A stretch of DNA of 64,000 nt, from NCBI RefSeq assembly GCF_009914755.1, contig NC_060925.1, one strand, 5' to 3'. Below the pieces are notes generated by a model. That model had not been told where the DNA came from. It worked only from the letters and a program-made list of their open reading frames with translations, and made no database searches. A program made the position numbers and the translations under genes. Every line of letters starts with the position of its first letter. Positions within the stretch are counted from its first letter, which is position 1. Below, piece after piece: positions 13,301-27,800 of this stretch. The stretch is from the human T2T-CHM13v2.0 reference genome, Homo sapiens.

Positions 13301-14260
13301 ATCGAATGGAATTATCATCGAATGCAATCGAATGGAATCAACACCAAACGGAAAAAAACGGAATTATCGAATGGAATCGAAGAGAATCATCGAATGGACC
13401 CGAATGGAATCATCTAATGGAATGGAATGGAATAATCCAAGGACTCGAATGCAATCATCATCGAATGGAATCGAATGGAATCATCGAATGGACTCGAATG
13501 GAATAATCATTGAACGGAATCGAATGGAATCATCATCGGATGGAAATGAATGGAATCGTCATCGAATGGAATCGAATAGAATTATGGAATGAAATCCAGT
13601 GTGATCATCATCGAATGGACCTGAATGGAATCATCATCCAACGGAAGCTAATGGAATCATCATCGAATGAATCAAATGGAAACACCATCGAATTGAAACG
13701 AATGGAATTACCATGAAATTGAAATGGATGGACTCATCATCAAATGTGTTCGAATGGAATCATCGAATAAAATTGATTGAAATCATCATCGAATGGAATC
13801 GAATGGTATCATTGAATGGAATCGAATGGAATCCTCATTGAATGGAAATGAAAGGGGTCATCATCTAATGGAATCGCATGGAATCATCATCAAATGGAAT
13901 CGAATGGAATCATCATCAAATGGAATCTAATGGAATCATTGAAAGAATTGAATGGAATCATCATCGAATGAATTGAATGCAATCATCGAATGTTCCCGAA
14001 TGGAATCATCTTCTAATGGAAAGGAATGGAATCATCGCATAGAATCGAATGGAATTATCATCGAATGGAATCGAATGGTATCAACACCAAACGGAAAAAA
14101 ACGGAATTATCGAATGGAATCGAAGAGAATCTTCGAACGGACCCGAATGGAATCATCTAATGGAATGGAATGGAATAATCCATGGACTCGAATGCAATCA
14201 TCATCGAATGGAATCGAATGGAATCATCGAATGGACTCGAATGGAATAATCATTGAACGG
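7400..14260 (+). repeat. Near-identical tandem duplication, period 3429 bp
   Basis: Anchors 7562/10991, 8004/11433, 9780/13209 and 10523/13952 are all offset by 3429. The copies share private variants (ATCATGATAA, GAATAAATTG, ACGGATGCTA, GGTATTATAG, AATGTGTTCG, ATGTTCCCG). Confidence 0.92.
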
Positions 14261-17200
14261 AATCGAATGGAATCATCATCGGATGGAAACGAATGGAATC
14301 ATCATCGAATGGAAATGAAAGGAGTCATCATCTAATGGAATTGCATGGAATCATCATCAAATGGAATCGAATGGAATCAACATCAAATGGAATCAAATGG
14401 AATCATTGAACGGAATTGAATGGAATCGTCATCGAATGAATTGAATGCAATCATCGAATGGTCTCGAATGGAATCATCTTCAAATGGAATGGAATGGAAT
14501 CATCGCATAGAATCGAATGGAATTATCATCGAATGGAATCGAATGGAATCAACATCAAACGGAAAAAAACGGAATTATCGAATGGAATCGAAGAGAATCA
14601 TCGAATGGACCCGAATGGAATCATCTAATGGAATGGAATGGAATAATCGATGGACTCGAATGCAATCATCATCGAATGGAATCGAATGGAATCATCGAAT
14701 GGACTCGAATGGAATAATCATTGAACGGAATCGAATGGAATCATCATCGGATGGAAATGAATGGAATCATCATCGAATGGAATCGAATAGAATTATGGAA
14801 TGAAATCCAGTGTGATCATCATCAAATGGACCCGAATGGAATCATCATCCAACGGAAGCTAATGGAATCAATATCGAATGAATCAAATGGAAACACCATC
14901 GAATTGAAACGAATGGAATTACCATGAAATTGAAATGGATGGAGGACTCGAAAGGGATCATTATTGAATGGAATTGAATGGAATCATCGAATGGTCTCGA
15001 TTGGAATCATTATCAAATGGAATCGAATGGAATCACCGAATAGAATCGAATGGAACAATCATCGAATGGACTCAAATGGAATTATCCTCAAATGGAATTG
15101 AATGGAATTATCGAATGCAATCGAATGGAATTATCGAATGCAATCGAATAGAATCATCGAATGGATTCGAATGGAATCATCGAATGGAATGGAATGGAAC
15201 AGTCAAGGAACTCGAATGGAATCATCATTGAATGGAATCGAATGGAATCATCGAGTGGAATCGAATGGAAATATGATCAAATGGAATCGAATATAATCAT
15301 CATCAAATGGAATCAAAAATAACCATCATTAATTGGTATTGAATGGAATTCTCATCAAATGGAATTCAAAGGAATCATCATCAAATGGAACTGAATGGAA
15401 TCCTCATTGAATGGAAATGAAAGGGGTCATCATCTAATGGAATCGCATGGAATCATCATCAAATGGAATCGAATGGAATCATCATCAAATGGAATCTGAT
15501 GGAATCATTGAACAGAATTGAATGGAATCGTCATCGAATGAATTGAATGCAATCATCGAATGGTCTCGAATGTAATCACATTCTAATGGAAAGGAATGGA
15601 ATCATCGCATAGAATCGAATGGAATTAACATTGAATGGACTCGAATGGAATCAACATCAAACGGAATCAAGCGGAATTATCGAATGGAATCGAAGAGAAT
15701 CATCGAATGGTCTCGAATGGAATCATCTTCTAATGGAAAGGAATGGAATCATCGCATAGAATCGAATGGAATTAACATTGAATGGACTCGAATGGAATCA
15801 ACATCAAATGGAATCAAGCGGAATTATCGAATGAAATCGAAGAGAATCATCGAATGGACTCGAATGGAATCATCTAATGGAATGGAATGGAATAATCCAC
15901 GGACTCGAATGCAATCATCATTGTATAGAATCGAATGGAATCATCGAATGGACTCGAATGGAATAAACATTGAACGGAATAGAATGGAATCATCATCGGA
16001 AGGAAACGAATGGAATCATCATCGAATGGAAATGTAAGGAGTCATCATCTAATGGAATTGCATGGAATCATCATAAAATGGAATCGAATGGAATCATCAT
16101 CAAATGGAATCAAATGGAATCATTGAACGGAATTGAATGGAATCGTCATCGAATGAATTGAATGCAATCATCGAATGGTCTCGAATGGAATCATCTTCAA
16201 ATGGAATGGAATGGAATCATCGCATAGAATCGAATGGAATTATCATCGAATGGAATCGAATGGTATCAACATCAAACGGAAAAAAACGGAATTATCGAAT
16301 GGAATCGAAGAGAATCTTCGAACGGACCCGAAAGGAATCATCTAATGGAATGGAATGGAATAATCCATGGACTCGAATGCAATCATCATCGAATGGAATC
16401 GAATGGAATCATTGAATGGACTCGAATGGAATAATCATTGAACGGAATCGAATGGAATCATCATCGGATGGAAATGAATGGAATCATCATCGAATGGAAT
16501 CGAATAGAATTATGGAATGAAATCCAGTGTGATCATCATCGAATGGACCCGAATGGAATCATCATCCAACGGAAGCTAATGGAATCAACATCGAATGAAT
16601 CGAATGGAAACACCATCGAATTGAAACGAATGGAATTATCATGAAATTGAAATGGATGGACTCATCATCGAATGGATTCGAATGGAATCATCGAATAAAA
16701 TTGATTGAAATCATCATCGAATGGAATCGAATGGTATCATTGAATGGAATCGAATGGAATCGTCATCAGATGGAAATGAATGGAATCGTCATAGAATGGA
16801 ATCGAATGGATTCATTGAATAGAATCAGATGGAATCATCGAATGGACTGGAATGGAATCATTGAATGGACTCGAAAGGGATCATTATTGAATGGAATTGA
16901 ATGGAATCATCGAATGGTCTCGATTGGAATCATTATCAAATGGAAACGAATGGAATCACCAAATAGAATCGAATGGAACAATCATTGAATGGACTCAAAT
17001 GGAATTATCCTCAAATGGAATTGAATGGAATTATCGAATGCAATCGAATGGAATTATCGAATGCAATCGAATAGAATCATCGAATGGAGTCGAATGGAAT
17101 CATCGAATGGAATGGAATGGAACAGTCAATGAACTCGAATGGAATCATCATTGAATGGAATCGAATGGAATCATCGAGTGGAATCGAATGGAATTATGAT

Positions 17201-20200
17201 CAAATGGAATCGAATGTAATCATCATCAAATGGAATCAAAAATAACCATCATCAATTGGTATTGAATGGAATTGTCATCAAATGGAATTCAAAGGAATCA
17301 TCATCAAATGGAACCGAATGGAATCCTCATTGAATGGAAATGAAAGGGGTCATCATCTAATGGAATCGCATGGAATCATCATCAAATGGAATCGAATGGA
17401 ATCATCATCAAATGGAATCTAATGGAATCATTGAAAAGAATTGAATGGAATCATCATCGAATGAATTGAATGCAATCATCGAATGGTCTCGAATGGAATC
17501 ATCTTCTAATGGAAAGGAATGGAATCATCGCATAGAATCGAATGGAATTATCATCGAATGGAATCGAATGGTATCAACACCAAACGGAAAAAAACGGAAT
17601 TATCGAATGGAATCGAAGAGAATCTTCGAACGGACCCGAATGGAATCATCTAATGGAATGGAATGGAATAATCCATGGACTCGAATGCAATCATCATCGA
17701 ATGGAATCGAATGGAATCATCGAATGGACTCGAATGGAATAATCATTGAACGGAATCGAATGGAATCATCAACGGATGGAAACGAATGGAATCATCATCG
17801 AATGGAAATGAAAGGAGTCATCATCTAATGGAATTGCATGGAATCATCATAAAATGGAATCGAATGGAATCAACATCAAATGGAATCAAATGGAATCATT
17901 GAACGGAATTGAATGGTATCGTCATCGAATGAATTGAATGCAATCATCGAATGGTCTCGAATGGAATCATCTTCAAATGGAATGGAATGGAATCATCGCA
18001 TAGAATCGAATGGAATTATCATCGAATGGAATCGAATGGAATCAACATCAAACGGAAAAAAACGGAATTATCGAATGGAATCGAAGAGAATCATCGAATG
18101 GACCCTAATGGAATCATCTAATGGAATGGAATGGAATAATCCATGGACTCGAATGCAATCATCATCGAATGGAATCGAATGGAATCATCGAATGGACTCG
18201 AATGGAATAATCATTGAACGGAATCGAATGGAATCATCATCGGATGGAAATGAATGGAATCATCATCGAATGGAATCGAATAGAATTATGGAATGAAATC
18301 CAGTGTGATCATCATCGAATGGACCCGAATGGAATCATCATCCAACGGAAGCTAATGGAATCAACATCGAATGAATCAAATGGAAACACCATCGAATTGA
18401 AACGAATGGAATTACCATGAAATTGAAATGGATGGACTCATCATCAAATGGATTCGAGTGGAATCATCGAATAAAATTGATTGAAATCATCATCGAATGG
18501 AATCGAATGGTATCATTGAATGGAATCGAATGGAATCATCATCAGATGGAAATGAATGGAATCGTCATAGAATGGAATCGAATGGATTCATTGAATGGAA
18601 TCAGATGGAATCATTGAATGGACTGGAATGGAATCATTGAATGGACTCGAAAGGGATCATTATTGAATGGAATTGAATGGAATCATCGAATGGTCTCGAT
18701 TGGAATCATTATCAAATGGAATCGAATGGAATCACCGAATAGAATCGAATGGAACAATCATCGAATGGACTCAAATGGAATTATCCTCAAATGGAATCGA
18801 ATGGAATTATCGAATGCAATCGAATGGAATTATCGAATGCAATCGAATAGAATCATCGAATGGACTCGAATGGAATCATCGAATGGAATGGAATGGAACA
18901 GTCAATGAACTCGAATGGAATCATCATTGAATGGAATCGAATGGAATCATCGAGTGGAATCGAATGGAATTATGATCAAATGGAATCGAATGTAATCATC
19001 ATCAAATGGAATCAAAAATAACCATCATCAATTGGTATTGAATGGAATTGTCATCAAATGGAATTCAAAGGAATCATCATCAAATGGAACCGAATGGAAT
19101 CCTCATTGAATGGAAATGAAAGGGGTCATCATCTAATGGAATCGCATGGAATCATCATCAAATGGAATCGAATGGAATCATCATCAAATGGAATCTAATG
19201 GAATCATTGAAAGAATTGAATGGAATCATCATAGAATGAATTGAATGCAATCATCGACTGGTCTCGAATGGAATCATCTTCTAATGGAAAGGAATGGAAT
19301 CATCGCATAGAATCGAATGGAATTATCATCGAATGGAATCGAATGGTATCAAAACCAAACGGAAAAAAACGGAATTATCGAATGGAATCGAAGAGAATCT
19401 TCGAACGGACCCGAATGGAATCATCTAATGGAATGGAATGGAATAATCCATGGACTCGAATGCAATAATCATCGAATGGAATCAAATGGAATCATCGAAT
19501 GGACTCGAATGGAATAATCATTGAACGGAATCGAATGGAATCATCATCGGATGGAAACGAATGGAATCATCATCGAATGGCAATGAAAGGAGTCATCATC
19601 TAATGGAATTGCATGGAATCTTCATAAAATGGAATCGAATGAAATCAACATCAAATGGAATCAAATGGAATCATTGAACGGAATTGAATGGAATCGTCAT
19701 CGAATGAATTGAATGCAATCATCGAATGGTCTCGAATGGAACCATCTTCTAATGGAAAGGAATGGAATCATCGCATAGAATCGAATGGAACAATCATCGA
19801 ATGGACTCAAATGGAATTATCCTCAAATGGAATGGAATGGAATTATCGAATGCAATCGAATGGAATTATAGAATGCAATCGAATAGAATCATCGAATGGA
19901 CTCGAATGGAATAATCATTGAACGGAATCGAATGGAATCATCATCGGATGGAAACGAATGGAATCATCATCGAATGGAAATGAAAGGAGTCATCATCTAA
20001 TGGAATCGCATGGAATCATGATAAAATGGAATCGAATGGAATCAACATCAAATGGAATCAAATGGAATCATTGAACGGAATTGAATGGAATCGTCATCGA
20101 ATAAATTGAATGCAATCATCGAATGGTCTCGAATGGAATCATCTTCAAATGGAATGGAATGGAATCATCGCATAGAATCGAATGGAATTATCATCGAATG

Positions 20201-22189
20201 GAATCGAATGGAATCAACATCAAACGGAAAAAAACGGAATTATCGAATGGAATCGAAGAGAATCATCGAATGGACCCGAATGGAATCATCTAATGGAATG
20301 GAATGGAATAATCCATGGACTCGAATGCAATCATCATCGAATGGAATCGAATGGAATCATCGAATGGACTCGAATGGAATAATCATGGAACGGAATCGAA
20401 TGGAATCATCATCGGATGGAAATGAAAGGAGTCATCATCTAATGGAATTGCATGGAATCATCATAAAATGGAATCGAATGGAATCAACATCAAATGGAAT
20501 CAAATGGAATCATTGAACGGAATTGAATGGAATCGTCATCGAATGAATTGAATGCAATCATCGAATGGTCTCGAATGGAATCATCTTCAAATGGAATGGA
20601 ATGGAATCATTGCATAGAATCGAATGGAATTGTCATCGAATGGAATCGAATGGAATCAACATCAAACGGAAAAAAACGGAATTATCGAATGGAATCGAAG
20701 AGAATCATCGAATGGACCCGAATGGAATCATCTAATGGAATGGAATGGAATAACCATGGACTGGAAGGCAATCATCATCGAATGGAATCGAATGGAATCA
20801 TCGAATGGACTCGAATGGAATAATCATTGAACGGAATCGAATGGAATCATCATCGGATGGAAACGAATGGAATCATCATCGAATGGAAATGAAAGGAGTC
20901 ATCATCTAATGGAATTGAATGGAATCATCATAAAATGGAATCGAATGGATTCAACATCAAATGGAATCAAATGGAATCATTGAACGGAATTGAATGCAAT
21001 CGTCATCGAATGAATTGAATGCAATCATCAAATGGTCTCGAATGGAATCATCTTCAAATGGAATGGAATGGAATCATCGCATAGAATCGAATGGAATTAT
21101 CATCGAATGGAATCGAATGGAATCAACATCAAACGGAAAAAAACGGAATTATGGAATGGAATAAAAGAGAATCATCGAACGGACACGAATGGAATCATCT
21201 AATGGAATGGAATGGAATAATCCATGGACTCGAATGCAATCATCATCGAATGGAATCGAATGGAATCATCGAATGGACTCGAATGGAATAATCATTGAAC
21301 GGAATCGAATGGAATCATCATCGGATGGAAATGAATGGAATCATCATCCAATGGAATCGAATAGAATTATGGAATGAAATCCAGTGTGATCATCATCGAA
21401 TGGACCCGAATGGAATCATCATCCAACGGAAGCTAATGGAATCAACATCGAATGAATCGAATGGAAACACCATCGAATTGAAACGAATGGAATTATCATG
21501 AAATAGAAATGGATGGACTCATCATCGAATGGATTCGAATGGAATCATCGAATAAAATTGATTGAAATCATCATCAAATGGAATCGAATGGTATCATTGA
21601 ATGGAATCGAATGGAATCATCTTCAGATGGAAATGAATGGAATCGTCATAGAATGGAATCGAATGGATTCATTGAATGGAATCAGATGGAATCATCGAAT
21701 GGACTGGAATGGAATCATTGAATGGACTCGAAAGGGATCATGATTGAATGGAATTGAATGGAATCATCGAATGGTCTCGATTGGAATCATTATCAAATGG
21801 AATCGAATGGAATCACCGAATAGAATCGAATGGAACAATCATCGAATGGACTCAAATGGAATTATCCTCTAATGGAATCGAATGGAATTATCGAATGCAA
21901 TCGAATGGAATTATCGAATGCAATCGAATAGAATCATCGAATGGACTCGAATGGAATCATCGAATGGAATGGAATGGAACAGTCAATGAACTCGAATGGA
22001 ATCATCATTGAATGGAATGGAATGGAATCATCGAGTGGAATCGAATGGAATTATGATCAAATGGAATCCAATGTAATCATCATCAAATGGAATCAAAAAT
22101 AACCATCCTCAATTGGTATTGAATGGAATTGTCATCAAATGGAATTGAAAGGAATCATCATCAAATGGAACCGAATGGAATCCTCATTG

Positions 22190-23125
22190 AATGGAAATGA
22201 AAGGGGTCATCATCTAATGGAATCGCATGGAATCATCATCAAATGGAATCGAATGGAATCATCATCAAATGGAATCTAATGGAATCATTGAACAGAATTG
22301 AATGGAATCGTCATCGAATGAATTGAATGCAATCATCGAATGGTCTCGAATGGAATCATCTTCTAATGGAAAGGAATGGAATCATCGCATAGAATCGAAT
22401 GGAATTATCATCGAATGGAATCGAATGGTATCAACACCAAACGGAAAAAAACGGAATTATCGAATGGAATCGAAGAGAATCTTCGAACGGACCCGAATGG
22501 AATCATCTAATGGAATGGAATGGAATAATCCATGGACTGGAAGGCAATCATCATCGAATGGAATCGAATGGAATCATCGAATGGACTCGAATGGAATAAT
22601 CATTGAACGGAATCGAATGGAATCATCATCGGATGGAAACGAATGGAATCATGATCGAATGGAAATGAAAGGAGTCATCATCTAATGGAATTGTATGGAA
22701 TCATCATAAAATGGAATCGAATGGAATCAACATCAAATGGAATCAAATGAAATCATTGAACGGAATTGAATGGAATCGTCATCGAATGAATTGACTGCTA
22801 TCATCGAATGGTCTCGAATGGAATCATCTTCAAATGGAATGGAATGGAATCATCGCATAGAATCGAATGGAATTATCATCGAATGGAATCGAATGGAATC
22901 AACATCAAACGGAAAAAAACAGAATTATCGTATGGAATCGAAGATAATCATCGAATGGACCCGAATGGAATCATCTAATGGAATGGAATGGAATAATCCA
23001 TGGACTCGAATGCAATCATCATCGAATGGAATCGAATGGAATCATCGAATGGACTCGAATGGAATAACCATTGAACGGAATCGAATGGAATCATCATCGG
23101 ATGGAAATGAATGGAATCATCATCG
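22190..23125 (+). repeat. Internal 468-bp diverged tandem duplication present within each canonical unit
   Basis: GGAAATGAAAGGGGTC (~22193) and GGAAATGAAAGGAGTC (~22661) lie 468 bp apart. Paralogous differences include CTTCTAATGGAAAGG vs CTTCAAATGGAATGG, GGTATCAACACC vs GGAATCAACATC, and ATCTTCGAACGG vs ATCATCGAATGG. Confidence 0.9.
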
Positions 23126-24077
23126 AATGGAATCGAATAGAATTATGGAATGAAATCCAGTGTGATCATCATCGAATGGACCCGAATGGAATCATCATCC
23201 AACGGAAGCTAATGGAATCAACATCGAATGAATCGAACCGAAACACCATCGAATTGAAACGAATGGAATTATCATGAAATTGAAATGGATGGACTCATCA
23301 TCGAATGGATTCGAATGGAATCATCGAATAAAATTGATTGAAATCATCATCAAATGGAATCGAATGGTATCATTGAATGGAATCGAATGGAATCATCATC
23401 AGATGGAAATGAATGGAATCGTCATAGAATGGAATCGAATGGATTCATTGAATGGAATCAGATGGAATCATCGAATGGACTGGAATGGAATCATTGAATG
23501 GACTCGAAAGGGATCATTATTGAATGAAATTGAATGGAATCATCGAATGGTCTCGATTGGAATCATTACCAAAAGGTATCGAATGGAATCACCGAATAGA
23601 ATCGAATGGAACAATCATCGAATGGACTCAAATGGAATTATCCTCAAATGGAATCGAATGGAATTATCGAATGCAATCGAATGGAATTATCGAATGCAAT
23701 CGAATAGAATCATCGAAAGGACTCGAATGGAATCATCGAATGGAATGGAATGGAACAGTCAATGAACTCGAATGGAATCATCATTGAATGGAATCGAATG
23801 GAATCATCGAGTGGAATCGAATGGAATTATGATCAAATGGAATCGAATGTAATCATCATCAAATGGAATCAAAAATAACCATCATCAATTGGTATTGAAT
23901 GGAATTGTCATCAAATGGAATTCAAAGGAATCATCATCAAATGGAACCGAATGGAATCCTCATTGAATGGAAATGAAAGGGGTCATCATCTAATGGAATC
24001 GCATGGAATCATCATCAAATGGAATCGAATGGAATCATCATCGAATGGAATCTAATGGAATCATTGAACAGAATTGA
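22302..24077 (+). repeat. Representative canonical 1776-bp higher-order unit (468-bp module A + 1308-bp module B/C)
   Basis: The anchor ATGGAATCGTCATCGAATGAATTGA occurs at 22302, 22770 (+468) and 24078 (+1776). Once-per-unit landmarks include AAATCCAGTGTGATC, CGAAAGGGATC, GGAACAGTCAATG and CAAAAATAACC. Confidence 0.93.
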
Positions 24078-24899
24078 ATGGAATCGTCATCGAATGAATT
24101 GAATGCAATCATCGAATGGTCTCGAATGGAATCATCTTCTAATGGAAAGGAATGGAATCATCGCATAGAATCGAATGGAATTATCATCGAATGGAATCGA
24201 ATGGTATCAACACCAAACGGAAAAAAACGGAATTATCGAATGGAATCGAAGAGAATCTTCGAACGGACCCGAATGGAATCATCTAATGGAATGGAATGGA
24301 ATGATCCATAGACTCGAATGCAATCATCATCGAATGGAATCGAATGGAATCATCGAATGGACTCGAATGGAATAATCATTGAACGGAATCGAATGGAATC
24401 ATCATCGGATGGAAACGAATGGAATCATCATCGAATGGAAATGAAAGGAGTCATCATCTAATGGAATTGCATGGAATCATCATAAAATGGAATCGAATGG
24501 AATCAACATCAAATGGAATCAAATGGAATCATTGAACGGAATTGAATGGAATCGTCATCGAATGAATTGACTGCAATCATCGAATGGTCTCGAATGGAAT
24601 CATCTTCAAATGGAATGGAATGGAATCATCGCATAGAATCGAATGGAATTATCATCGAATGGAATCGAATGGAATCAACATCAAACGGAAAAAAACAGAA
24701 TTATCGTATGGAATCGAAGAGAATCATCGAATGGACCCGAATGGAATCATCTAATGGAATGGAATGGAATAATCCATGGACTCGAATGCAATCATCATCG
24801 AATGGAATCGAATGGAATCATCGAATGGACTCGAATGGAATAATCATTGAACGGAATCGAATGGAATCATCATCGGATGGAAATGAATGGAATCATCAT

Positions 24900-27800
24900 C
24901 CAATGGAATCGAATAGAATTATGGAATGAAATCCAGTGTGATCATCATCGAATGGACCCGAATGGAATCATCATCCAACGGAAGCTAATGGAATCAACAT
25001 CGAATGAATCGAATGGAAACACCATCGAATTGAAACGAATGGAATTATCATGAAATTGAAATGGATGGACTCATCATCGAATGGATTCGAATGGAATCAT
25101 CGAATAAAATTGATTGAAATCATCATCCAATGGAATCGAATGGTATCATTGAATGGAATCGAATGGAATCATCATCAGATGGAAATGAATGGAATCGTCA
25201 TAGAATGGAATCGAATGGATTCATTGAATGGAATCAGATGGAATCATCGAATGGACTGGAATGGAATCATTGAATGGACTCGAAAGGGATCATGATTGAA
25301 TGGAATTGAATGGAATCATCGAATGATCTCGATTGGAATCATTATCAAATGGAATCGAATGGAATCACCGAATAGAATCGAATGGAACAATCATCGAATG
25401 GACTCAAATGGAATTATCCTCCAATGGAATCGAATGGAATTATCGAATGCAATCGAATGGAATTATCGAATGCAATCGAATAGAATCATCGAATGGACTC
25501 GAATGGAATCATCGAATGGAATGGAATGGAACAGTCAAGGAACTCGAATGGAATCATCATTGAATGGAATCGAATGGAATCATCGAGTGGAATCGAATGG
25601 AAATATGATCAAATGGAATCGAATATAATCATCATCAAATGGAATCAAAAATAACCATCATTAATTGGTATTGAGTGGAATTCTCATCAAATGGAATTCA
25701 AAGGAATCATCATCAAATGGAACTGAATGGAATCCTCATTGAATGGAAATGAAAGGGGTCATCATCTAATGGAATCGCATGGAATCATCATCAAATGGAA
25801 TCGAATGGAATCATCATCAAATGGAATCTGATGGAATCATTGAACAGAATTGAATGGAATCGTCATCGAATGAATTGAATGCAATCATCGAATGGTCTCG
25901 AATGTAATCACATTCTAATGGAAAGGAATGGAATCATCGCATAGAATCGAATGGAATTAACATTGAATGGACTCGAATGGAATCAACATCAAACGGAATC
26001 AAGCGGAATTATCGAATGGAATCGAAGAGAATCATCGAATGGTCTCGAATGGAATCATCTTCTAATGGAAAGGAATGGAATCATCGCATAGAATCGAATG
26101 GAATTAACATTGAATGGACTCGAATGGAATCAACATCAAATGAAATCAAGCGGAATTATCGAATGAAATCGAAGAGAATCATCCAATGGACTCGAATGGA
26201 ATCATCTAATGGAATGGAATGGAATAATCCACGGACTCGAATGCAATCATCATTGTATAGAATCGAATGGAATCATCGAATGGACTCGAATGGAATAACC
26301 ATTGAACGGAATAGAATGGAATCATCATCGGAAGGAAACGAATGGAATCATCATCGAATGGAAATGTAAGGAGTCATCATCTAATGGAATTGCATGGAAT
26401 CATCATAAAATGGAATCGAATGGAATCATCATCAAATGGAATCAAATGGAATCATTGAACGGAATTGAATGGAATCGTCATCGAATGAATTGAATGCAAT
26501 CATCGAATGGTCTCGAATGGAATCATCTTCAAATGGAATGGAATGGAATCATCGCATAGAATCGAATGGAATTATCATCGAATGGAATCGAATGGTATCA
26601 ACATCAAACGGAAAAAAACGGAATTATCGAATGGAATCGAAGAGAATCTTCGAACGGACCCGAAAGGAATCATCTAATGGAATGGAATGGAATAATCCAT
26701 GGACTCGAATGCAATCATCATCGAATGGAATCGAATGGAATCATTGAATGGACTCGAATGGAATAATCATTGAACGGAATCGAATGGAATCATCATCGGA
26801 TGGAAATGAATGGAATCATCATCGAATGGAATCGAATAGAATTATGGAATGAAATCCAGTGTGATCATCATCGAATGGACCCGAATGGAATCATCATCCA
26901 ACGGAAGCTAATGGAATCAACATCGAATGAATCGAATGGAAACACCATCGAATTGAAACGAATGGAATTATCATGAAATTGAAATGGATGGACTCATCAT
27001 CGAATGGATTCGAATGGAATCATCGAATAAAATTGATTGAAATCATCATCGAATGGAATCGAATGGTATCATTGAATGGAATCGAATGGAATCGTCATCA
27101 GATGGAAATGAATGGAATCGTCATAGAATGGAATCGAATGGATTCATTGAATAGAATCAGATGGAATCATCGAATGGACTGGAATGGAATCATTGAATGG
27201 ACTCGAAAGGGATCATTATTGAATGGAATTGAATGGAATCATCGAATGGTCTCGATTGGAATCATTATCAAATGGAATCGAATGGAATCACCGAATAGAA
27301 TCGAATGGAACAATCATCGAATGGACTCAAATGGAATTATCCTCAAATGGAATCGAATGGAATTATCGAATGCAATCGAATGGAATTATCGAATGCAATC
27401 GAATAGAATCATCGAAAGGACTCGAATGGAATCATCGAATGGAATGGAATGGAACAGTCAATGAACTCGAATGGAATCATCATTGAATGGAATCGAATGG
27501 AATCATCGAGTGGAATCGAATGGAATTATGATCAAATGGAATCGAATGTAATCATCATCAAATGGAATCAAAAATAACCATCATCAATTGGTATTGAATG
27601 GAATTGTCATCAAATGGAATTCAAAGGAATCATCATCAAATGGAACCAAATGGAAGCCTCATTGAATGGAAATGAAAGGGGTCATCATCTAATGGAATCG
27701 CATGGAATCATCATCAAATGGAATCGAATGGAATCATCATCAAATGGAATCTAATGGAATCATTGAACAGAATTGAATGGAATCGTCATCGAATGAATTG

